The notes beneath the pieces are model-generated. The model was not told the origin of the DNA, made no database searches, and saw only the letters and a list, made by a program, of their open reading frames with translations. A stretch of 64,000 nucleotides of DNA from Antechinus flavipes (taxonomy: Eukaryota): positions 342,426,001 to 342,490,000 of the forward strand of contig NC_067398.1 in NCBI RefSeq assembly GCF_016432865.1, read 5' to 3'. Made by a program: the position numbers and the translations under genes. Shown here in pieces: positions 18,901 to 31,705 of this stretch. The stretch's first letter is position 1, and each line of letters starts with the position of its first letter.

Positions 18901-21900
18901 CGTTCATATACCAAAATTTACTCAACCATTCTCCAATTGATGGGCATCCATTCATTTTCCAGCTTCTAGCCACTACAAAAAGGGCTGCCACAAACATTTT
19001 GGCACATACAGGTCCCTTTCCCTTCTTTAGTATCTCTTTGGGGTATAAGCCCAGTAGAAACACTGCTGGATTAAAGGATATGCACAGTTTGATAACTTTT
19101 TGAGCATAGTTCCAAATTGCTCTCCAGAATGGCTGGATGTGTTCACAATTCCACCAACAATGTATCAGTGTCCCTGTTTTCCCACATCCCCTCCAACATT
19201 CCGCATTATCTTTCCCTGTCATTCTAGCCAATCTGACAGGTGTGTAGTGGATACCACTACAGAGTTGTCTTAATTTGCATTTCTCTGATTAACAATGATT
19301 TGGAGCATATTTTCATATGTCTATAAATAGTTTTAATTTCTTCGTCTGAGAATTGTCTGTTCATATCCTTTGACCATTTATCAATTGGAGAATGCTCATC
19401 ATTTCTTATCGAACAATAATATTCCATAACATATATATATAACTTATTTAGCCATTCCCCAACTTATGGGCATCTATTCAACTAATAGTTCCTTGCCATT
19501 TAAAAAAAAAAAAAAAAAGGCTGCTGCAAACATTTTTTGCACATTTGGGTCCTTTTCTCTTTTATAAGATTTCTTTGGGATACAGACCCAGTGGTGAGAC
19601 TGCAGAATCAAAGGGTATACACAGTTTTAGAGTCTTTAGGGTATAGTTCCAAATTGTTTTCCAGAGTGATTGGATCATTTCACAACTCCACCAACACATT
19701 AGTGTCTCAGTTTCCCCACAAACTCCCTGTCATCTTAGCCCATTTGAGAGGTGTGAAGTGGTACCTCAGAGTTGTCTTAATTTGCATTTCTCTAATCAAT
19801 AGTGATTTAATTTCATCTGAAAATTGTTCATGTCCTTTGACCACTTATCAATTGGAGAATGACTTGTATTTTTATAAATTTGAGTCAGTTCTCTGTATAT
19901 TTTAGAAATGAGGCCTTTATCAAAAACATTGGCTGTAAAAACTGTTTCCCAGCTTTCTGGGAAGGCACTAATATTAAAGGGGATCAGAAAGGACACATTA
20001 TAGAAGGTGAGAATTTAGCTGAAACTTGAAGGAGGGCAAGAAAAGCTAAAATGAGTAAGGAAAAAATCCCAGAGTTGGAATGGCAGTGGGGAACAAAAGG
20101 ACATGATAATTATAATAAAAAAAGAGGTAGAATCAAAAGTTTGTACTTGATTTCATAGATTATGCAGAGCCACTGAAATAGGCTTTTTGATACAGGAATG
20201 TCATGATGAAAGTGATGAATTAAGATGAGGCTGCAGTGTGAAAGATGATTTGGAGAGATAATAGATTAGTGGTAAAAAAAAAAAAAAAACATATATTGAT
20301 GTCTAGGATTCAGAGCTTTCAATCCCGTTTCACCAAAGAAATTTTTATGGTGCTGAGTATATGGATATATGAAATATGTATACAAATCAAACATTTAATG
20401 ATAAGTCATAATTTTGTATTAAAAAACCCACATAGTTATGAGACCCCACAAAGGATCACAACACACAAGAAGCTGGGGCTAAGTCAGAAAACATATGAAT
20501 ACTATGGCATTAATGTCATCTTATTCTGCTTCCTCTTCTCCATGTGTCTTTGGGCAGCTGAGGCTTAGCCACTGAAATGATCTTTAGTTGGTCATGGAGC
20601 TTGTGAAGGCTATACCAAGACCTTGAACTAAATTGAATAGTGAGGTCAGGAATGATGGTATATCCCTATAATGCCTGCTGCTTTGGGGAGGCTTGAGTTT
20701 GGTGGAAGTTGGGACTTCAGTAAGGCTAAAACCATAACAAGTATCTGAACTAAGTCCTCCACTACTATGGTGAACTTGAAGGAAAAAACCAGTAGATTTT
20801 CTAAGGAGGAGTCAGAAAAATGATGTAGGTTACCTTCTGTACGTATCTGAATTGAGATTGGGGGTGGACATTGCATTTCCAGCTCTATCAAGGTAAAGAA
20901 ACCTAATCTCAAAAAATAAATCCATTTTTAGAAATTATATGCGAAATAATAGAACAATTTATTTCTTCAACCCATTAAGAAACTGTTCTTTGAACACTGG
21001 AAATGAATATAAACTGCTTGCATTTATGTTTTTCTTCCCGGGTTATTTATACCTTCTGAATTCAATTCTCCCTGTGCAACAAGAAAACTGTTTGGTTCTG
21101 CACACATATATTGTATCTAGGATATACTGCAACCCATTCAACATGTAAAGGATTCTTGCCATCTGGGAGAAGGGGTGGAGGGAGGGAGGGGAAAAATCGG
21201 AACAGAAATGAATGCAAGGGATAATGCTGTAAAAAATTACCCTGGCATGCATTCTATCAATAAAAAATTATTTAAAAAAAAAAAAAAAGAAAGAAACTGT
21301 TCTTTGGAAGTGAATTTTCCATGAAATGGCTCCCTTGAATTTAAGAATTTTTTTTAACCTCTTAAAATACTGGGATGGAAATTGTTCTATATTAAGCAAT
21401 ATAGCACTATGCTTTTCAAAGTCCTTCAGGACTGCATTCAGAGTCAGAAAGAGCTGGATTTACACCGAAGCCTCAAAATTTTGACTTTCAGGTCAGTTAC
21501 TGTCTGCACTCATGATTTTATCTGTGTATGGATTTCTTCTCCCTCCATTCCCAACTTGATCTAATTTATTTTGATTGGGAACTGTAGTCTTAGTTGGTGA
21601 AGCCACTGATAGGTTCCAAGTGTAAATATAGAATTTAATCATACCTTAAGTGCAATTGAATCTTAAACAAACTACTGTACTTGAGAGTGCAAATCTGTTT
21701 ATTAAAGTGAAATATCTGCTTCCTTTTGTTTTCAGGTGTCACATATTGCTTTTCTCAGTATCTTCCACTAACAATCCTTCATCTCACTTTTTTCTGTAGT
21801 TTCTGATCCACTGTACTCTGGGAAATTTGTAAACAAGATTGTTAGAAAGGCCTTATGGAACTTGACTATGAAGAAAGTGCTTGACTTCTATATGTGGAGT

Positions 21901-23655
21901 TAATGATAATCATTTTTGATGTTCAGGCCTTTTGTATCGTCCTTGTTTTGAGTGAGATGTTACTTTATAACACATTCCAAAGCAAATAGAAAGGACTTCT
22001 GGAATGTTTGTGTATTACATTTATCCATTCATTAAGATAATTGAGATTTTGGAGAGTAAAAAAAGCAATGTGAGGTTTTTGTTTTTTTTGGCTGAGGCAA
22101 TTGTGGTTAAATGACTTTCCCAGGGTCACACAGAAAGTGTTAAGTATCTGAGGTCAAATTTGAATTCAGGTCCTCCTGACTTCAGGCCTGTTGCTCTATC
22201 CACTGCCCCATCTAGCTGCCCCCCAATGTGAGAATTTTTTATTGTGATATTCATTTCCATTAAAGTTAGGGGTAGAGAAGCGGGGTTTAAGGGCTATAAG
22301 TGAGAAGCATGGGCACACTAACTGCAGGACTAAAAAGGCAATCAGATGAAATAGTATCCCCCATCTTAATCTAGCTAGAATATACTAACTGCAGTTGAAA
22401 GTAGGATTTAGTGAATAGGGATATGGGGTTTGGTGACCTTTATTTTCCCTATTCAGTTTTAGTTTCTTCAGTTAAATGACTAGGATGTTTATGTGAACTT
22501 TTTCTTTTTTTCTTGTGTAGGGACTTCTCCAGGTACACTCAAATGTTGTGTTACTCCCTCTGCTTACACTAGATTCTCATCATGGGAAATGAGGAAAAAA
22601 AATCATTCTGCCCACCTAAGAAAACATACTAGAAATGTTCTGAGCTGTGGTCCAGAAACATCCACTCAGCATCTGTGCTGGGCATAGGGAAATGGGGTGA
22701 GAGAAGGAATAATGTAAAATATAAAGCATTATTTTATTAAAATGGATAGGGAGCAATGGGGACTACTCTGACAATTGCTCTTGGGAGTATTTGAGAATGT
22801 TGTAAAGCTGAATGAACTCAACAGAGCATAAAGAGGAAGTGCTTCCCAGGTATCTTTAGGAATTCAAAAATATGTGAGAGTTTCCTTTGAGTTAAATTAA
22901 TTAACCCTAAAAGCTAGGGTTCCTAGACCCCAGTGCTACATGAGAACTTATCTGAAGATGCTCATGGAAAATTCTAATCAATTTTTTTTCTCTTGGCAGA
23001 ATTCATAGAGAAGCAACATGCAAAAAATAAAACCTACTACTACCATCGGCAATACCCCCGTGTACCAGATATAACTGAGTGCAGGGAAGGGGATATTCTG
23101 TGCATGTTTGAAGCAGAAATGCAGTGGAAAAGAGACTAGTATGTATACCACTTGTTTCTATAGTTCCAGTAGTGGGAAAAGGAGACTATCTCACTAAAAC
23201 AACAAATTTCATCAATTTTTTCAATTGGGAGGGTGGGAGAGAATTTAACTTCCCATTCTCACTTTATCTTTCAGCAAAGTTGACCAAGAAATTGTTAATA
23301 TCGTCCAGGAAAGAATGAAAGCCTGTCAGCAGAGAGAAGGAGAAAGCTATCAACAAAATTGTGCGAAGGAGGTCAACCAGTTCAAAGAGGTTGCAAGAGC
23401 TTATCAGGATCGATGTAAGTGAAGATCCACATATATAAGCCATTGTGCACCTCAGTTGCCTTAGTTGTCTATGGAGGGTTTTGAAACATGGCTAAATTCA
23501 GAATCAGAATCCTATGATCAAAATGACTAACAAGCCCTTCTGCCTTCACAGATCATGAACTTGGAGCCAATTCAAGTGCTCGAAAATGTCTTGCAAAGCA
23601 AAAGCATCGGATGCTTGCTGAGAGAAAAGCTGCCAAAAAGGCTGCTGCAGCCTGA
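15614..23655 (+). CDS. NDUFB10: NADH:ubiquinone oxidoreductase subunit B10 (PDSW), 176 aa
   Basis: Exons 15614-15761, 23000-23138, 23275-23414, 23552-23655 (531 nt, in frame, AG/GT junctions). Translation [18 protein letters not shown]...[28 protein letters not shown]...[18 protein letters not shown]...[15 protein letters not shown]...[10 protein letters not shown]. Confidence 0.97.
16881..19959 (-). mobile_element. Three nested 5'-truncated L1 elements in NDUFB10 intron 1
   Basis: Outer element: 16881-17358 plus 19393-19959 (TSD GGAAGGCACTAAT at 16868-16880 and 19960-19972). Middle element: 17359-17716 plus 18731-19392 (TSD TGCTCATCATTTCTT at 17344-17358 and 19393-19407). Inner element: 17717-18730 (TSD TGAAGAAATCCACTT at 17702-17716 and 18731-18745). 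ORFs 18066-18605 and 18749-19231 encode the L1 ORF2 C-terminus ([15 protein letters not shown]). Confidence 0.9.
20993..21290 (+). mobile_element. Young 5'-truncated L1 (3' UTR only) with poly(A) and 16-bp TSD
   Basis: TSD AAGAAACTGTTCTTTG at 20977-20992 and 21291-21306. Target TT|AAGA fits the L1 endonuclease consensus. AATAAA is followed by an A-tail. Confidence 0.9.
22075..22223 (-). mobile_element. tRNA-derived marsupial CORE-SINE (WSINE1/MAR-like)
   Basis: Reverse complement reads GGGCAGCTAGATGGGGCAGTGGATAGAGCAAC...GAGGACCTGAATTCAAAT...A-tail. TSD CAATGTGAG at 22066-22074 and 22224-22232. Confidence 0.85.
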
Positions 23656-23710
23656 CTCAACAAATTGATAGGATCCAGGACTTTATTTTTCTGTGACCTT
23701 TATTCATCTC

Positions 23711-23716
23711 AATAAA
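23711..23716 (+). terminator. NDUFB10 polyadenylation signal AATAAA
   Basis: AATAAA 55 nt after the stop codon, followed by a GT-rich downstream element. Confidence 0.8.
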
Positions 23717-23870
23717 AGTCTTTGCAGTTCTATCCGTGCAATGTGTGTTGTCATGTCTCTGCTTAAACCCCAAAGATTGGCAAAACAGGCTGGGGGCGAG
23801 GACCCTGTATATCCTTTCCCTCCCCAACTCATAAGGAAACACTACAAATATCTTAACAGGCGTAGTTCAA

Positions 23871-23876
23871 TTTATT
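23871..23876 (-). terminator. RPS2 polyadenylation signal AATAAA
   Basis: TTTATT on the + strand, 20 nt past the RPS2 stop codon. Confidence 0.8.
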
Positions 23877-23896
23877 CCTTGTTTATAAAAAAACAT

Positions 23897-27224
<3,328 letters not shown>

Positions 27225-27533
27225 TCAGAAGAGCAGCAGAGGCCGCCCAATTCTCGCAGAAGCGCGGCAGCCTCCGACGGAAGCGGCGCCCAGACAAGGG
27301 AAGTGGGGCCCAACGAACGGCTGGACCAGCCGAGCGTCCTCCCGAGGCCCCAGCGGCGCCAAATATGCCCGGCCGCGATCTGCGGACCACAGTGACAGAC
27401 CGATTCAAGCTGAGACACCTCTTTCTGGGGAAGCACGGCGCCGATGGCCGCGGATTCCCTCCCGTCCCCTTTCAGTAACTTCTTAACTACCCCACTCCTC
27501 ACCCAGCTAGCGCAAAAACAAAAGGACACTCAC

Positions 27534-27829
27534 GTGTTCACTGGAAGTAGAAGGCTGTCTCACCCTCAACGCGGCTTTTTATATGCAGCTAGTTCTCGCG
27601 ATATCTTGTGGACCAGGAAACTCCAGTCCCTGAATTACTCATGAAACGGGAAGCGATTGTGATTGGTTAAATCACCCCTCCAACTTTTCTTCCCAAGGTG
27701 TGGTCTAACAGCTACGACCTAACGGAAGCTTTTGACCCGGAAACAGTCTTGGTACTCCGGAAATAGAATGTTAGCAGCATGAGTATAAATTTAGAGGGAG
27801 TTGGTTCCTATACTTCTTTCAGATTGAAG
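27534..27829. promoter_or_regulatory. Bidirectional RPS2/SNHG9 promoter: two TATA boxes, two TOP-like starts, ETS sites and a TCTCGCGATA element
   Basis: Minus strand: TATAAAAA at 27583-27576, then CCTTCTACTTCC start at about 27554 and donor at 27533. Plus strand: TATAAA at 27784-27789, then CTTCTTTC start at about 27813 and donor at 27830. TCTCGCGATA at 27594-27603, CCAAT (ATTGG) at about 27662, and several CGGAA motifs at 27720-27765. Confidence 0.8.
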
Positions 27830-28460
27830 GTAGGACTTTGTGTATTTTGTGGGAATCCTTGTTATTCTTGGGAGGGTAGTTGTGGTCTCTTCCCCACCTT
27901 GCTGGGGAAGAGAGAACAGAAGATAACTAGTCTTCGCTTCGGCCTCGCGGGCACTCAGGCTTCCACCCCCTTACCTGGGCTCCGCGTTACGCTTGTAGTT
28001 TGGGGCTACAGGGGAAGGAGCTGAACCGGCGTCGTCTGAAAATCACCTGCGGCCTGCTTTTGTGGTCACGGGTGAGACCACGACGCCCACAGCCACCAGG
28101 GGTCTTTAAGCTTATCCCCCATAGACCGAGTGTGGGGGATAAAACCCAGGCCCCGACAAATGTCCCGGCGTGGTGGAGGCAGGGATCGGGCGTGGGGAAG
28201 GGGAAGTCGGGACTTCCACTAACTCTATTCTCATTTTCCAGCTCTTAGGAGATCCTAGCAGAACGAAGGCCCAGCTCATGGACAGATCTCTTGCGATCAC
28301 TGAAAGCTGCTCTAAGCGGAGGCACCCGCAGCTAAGTAGAATGGACTTGCTGCTGTGTCTCCCAGAAGGACCCGGCACCATTTATCATCCACGTGGACTG
28401 TTCAATAGCCAAGATCAGAAGATGAGTCTAGCTAGAATCTAATTCTAATTTATCTGTGTA
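27813..28460 (+). ncRNA. SNHG9: SNHG9-like snoRNA host gene (exon 1 about 27813-27829; exon 2 from 28242, 3' end undefined)
   Basis: Position divergent from RPS2 as in human. TOP-like start, donor AAG|GTAGGA, branch point CTAAC at about 28219, acceptor TTTTCCAG| at 28241. The intron contains SNORA78. Orthology is positional only. Confidence 0.65.
28028..28161 (+). ncRNA. SNORA78: H/ACA snoRNA SNORA78 (ACA64)
   Basis: Hairpin 1 GGCGTCGT...ACGACGCC contains TGAAAATC..C and CGGGTGAGA. Hairpin 2 ends AAACCCAGGCCCCG-ACA-AAT, matching recalled human ACA64. It ends about 80 nt upstream of the 3' splice site. Confidence 0.9.
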
Positions 28461-28685
28461 TATGAAGTATCTAGTGTTTGCCAGATTTTGTACTAGTGAT
28501 GAGGGTCGTGGCAGGAAAATGGGTTGTTCTCTTAGTTCTCCGTAACACCAAGTTAGGGCGGGTTCGCAGCGAGAAACGCTACACAAAAGACTATAATAAG
28601 AAAAGGCGCTTTAGTGGGCAATGTCAAAGAATTGCCAAGAGACATTTTCTCAGGGCTTACTTTTATACAGAAACAAAACAGTTTG

Positions 28686-28812
28686 GGTTTTGCATCCGAA
28701 AGGAACATACTTGAAATAGGGTGTGGGAAAAGAGTCTTTCTCCCAGGGAATGTAGGTTTTGCATCCAAAAGGTGCATAATGTGTGGGAAGAGAGTCTTTC
28801 CCAGGGAATGTA
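28686..28812 (+). repeat. Imperfect tandem duplication (69-bp and 58-bp units)
   Basis: GGTTTTGCATCC.AAAGG...GTGTGGGAA.AGAGTCTTTC..CCAGGGAATGTA occurs twice, head to tail. Confidence 0.8.
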
Positions 28813-30606
28813 GATGCTCTTCTTGGCGAGGCTGTATTGTAAAAGGAAGTGACTCCTGACCACCCAGAGTCTGGGAGCAAATGGGAGAGGAGGCAAGCAG
28901 GCAGATGGCTAAGTGAATGAAGTGAGGAAGACCTGCGTTTAAATCCGCCTCAGACACTTAGTAAGCTATGTGATCTTCGGCAGATTGCTCTAAATCCACT
29001 GGAGAAGCAAGTGTCGAACCACTCCAAGTTTATTACTGTTATATTACCCTGCATAGTATGGGGTCCAGCCAATCAAGACTCACAAAACTGAACAATAGAA
29101 AAAAGATTGGGAGGAGCATAAACCATGAGATGACCAGAATTTTTTAGGTTTTTTGTTTTTTTGGTAATTTAACTTTGAAGGAAGCCTCAGGCATCTTATA
29201 GAAGTTGTGGAATATGTTTACACATTAGATTTAACAGGTATAACATTGGATTATTTGCCATCTGGGAGTGGGAGATAGGAGGGGAAAATTTGGAACACAT
29301 GTTTTGAAAATAAAAAGCTTTAATTTAAAAAAAGGGAAGGGGAAGAAGAAAGGTTAAGAGCAGTTTCACAACACAATAAGCTATCTTTAAGTATAAAAAT
29401 TGAATCTATTGTATATTAGAGACAATAGGAAACTATTGAAGCTTCTTGAACTCAGGATAATGATATGATAATGTTGATGTATGAGAAATATAAATTTGGT
29501 AGCTGTGTGTAAGGAATTCAGCTAGAGGGAGGCAAAGATAATAGGCTCCTGAATGAAGACAGTGGCAGTGTGAGTAGAAAGCAGGGGATAGATATGGCAC
29601 AGGCTCCGATTTAATATATGCCCCTAAGGATAATGGAGAAGATAATTCTTCTAGTTGTTTTGAGTTAGAGGTGTGTATAGGGCATCTATCTGAGGTGATG
29701 AGAAACTAAATGAGTGTGGAGAAATTTGGAACAGAAGTTCTGAGTACCTATATAGAGAGGCTGGCTTTCATTGAGATTTAAGGAAAAAGAATTTTGTCTT
29801 GTTTTTTTTTCCCCCAGAACACTAATAAAGCTATGAATTGATTGAATGGGATTTGAAGTTTTTTTGTGTGTAAGAGTGGTACTTTCAATTTAACATGTTT
29901 TCCTATCACTATCTGGGTACTTGTTATCCCTGCTTCCACCTTCAGAAAAATTTAAAAGTCACAACCATTTCCATTTTCCCATTAGCAAAATGGGATTAAG
30001 AATTGTTTACTTCATAGTTCTAAGAAAACATAAGACACTTGATAGGGCCCCTCTATTTTACTATTCTTGCTTATTGGTTTACATGTCCCAAGTTTCTTCC
30101 CACTCCAGATCATGCTCTACTCAACTATTGAATTTCCTAAAGTGTAAGTCTGACTGTCATGCTTCCATTCAATAAACTACAATGGTTCCCTATTTAAGAC
30201 CAGATACATAAGTCTGTCTGTAAAAGTCTTGTTTGTTCCCTCCTCAGTTGTTCTACTGAGATTATTTTAGACTGCTCAATTTTCTTTTGCTTTTGTAGCC
30301 CTGGTATTTAGCACAGAGTAAGTGCTTAAAATCCATATTTGCCTACATAACTAATGCCCTAAACTATAAGTCAAAAGTCCTTTTGAGTTTACAAAAACAG
30401 GGGTGCACCTGAACTGTATATTATGGAGGATTGAAGGTTTTGATAGTGAGAAAGTATTTCTTTATAGCCTGGGAACGGGGGAGACGAGGTCCATACAGTG
30501 TAAATATCTAACAGAGGTCCTTGTTCCAAATCTCATTTTTGCCATTACACAGAGGGGAAAGAACAGCAAAAATCAAAGCAATTAGTAGACTGATGTAGAC
30601 ACTAGA

Positions 30607-31162
30607 TGTGGTAGGCAACAAAATTTGGTTTCGGTCATATGAATAATTCACAATGGCCACTCTCTTCAGCAAAAGGCAGGTTTATTTAAGGGAATAGGTT
30701 ACAGACAAAAGGTGTAATGGACACCAGAAATGGTAAACGAGAGTTGGGAGAACATAGAAAGGAATTTTGTAAGTTCCTTAGTGGAACTTGCTATTTACCA
30801 AGAGAAAAGAAACCACATGAAATTGGGGCAGGCCCTTAGGTGGCTAAATCCTGAAAGGAACTTGGCACCCTAAAAACTAGCTGTAAGGAAGAAACGTGGG
30901 GTCAGAAGCATAGTGATGTTAGGAAAGACATGGCATAGGGGAAGAGAAAAGAGTAGCATTGACAGACAGGAGGACAATGAGTATGGCATGGACCATAAGA
31001 TCTTACAGGGAAAATTTAGCCTCAGGGATATGATGTAATTTGGATTTTTGACTAAATTACCCCCAGTGGTTGGGATCACAGAACTAAACTGATCTCGATT
31101 AACAGAGCCTTATTCCTTCCTGTCTCTGGGAATAAAACTGATCAATTCTTCAGTTTCTGTCA
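30607..31162 (-). mobile_element. Possible solo LTR (reverse orientation)
   Basis: TG...CA ends and a TTTATT (reverse AATAAA) near the left end in an LTR-like context. No TSD resolved. Confidence 0.4.
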
Positions 31163-31705
31163 ACCACTCATTAGTATTTATGTGCTGCCATCCCTAGCAG
31201 AAATTAGGTCTGGAGTTTAGAGCAAATAACAAGGTCATAATAATTTAGATTATTTGTTTAGTAATTAATTTGGCTCATATATTCATAGACTTGAAACACA
31301 ACAGGTCATCAGAAGTCTATAGTGGGGAAAAAGACTTTGAATTTGGTAAAATTAAAGACTGTATCAGTTCTTGGAAAAATCCTGAACTGTTTCTTCATCT
31401 GTAAAAAAGGTAAAATCAGTTCCTGCCCTCCCTCAAAAAGAATTATAAGAATAAGGTAAAATTATATAGGTAGAAGCAAATGATAACACCACTAATTGCA
31501 GCCTGATCTTGTCCTGTCCATTATGGGCTTCTGGTACCTAGGGAGAAAGGACAAGAACAGTCCTGACTGGGCACTGCTCCTAGGACTAAGGCTGTGATTG
31601 GTTGATAGTAGACAATGAGACTGTGATGTCAACCTGAATAGAGGTGTGTGAAATGGGCTCTCAGCCTGCCTCAGCTCAGTAGTGCTGCTGCCTAAGACCA
31701 CAATC

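Noticed and set aside
18066-19231. 179-aa and 160-aa ORFs that look like a duplicated gene
   Set aside because: Both are the L1 ORF2 C-terminus from nested, 5'-truncated elements, not host genes.
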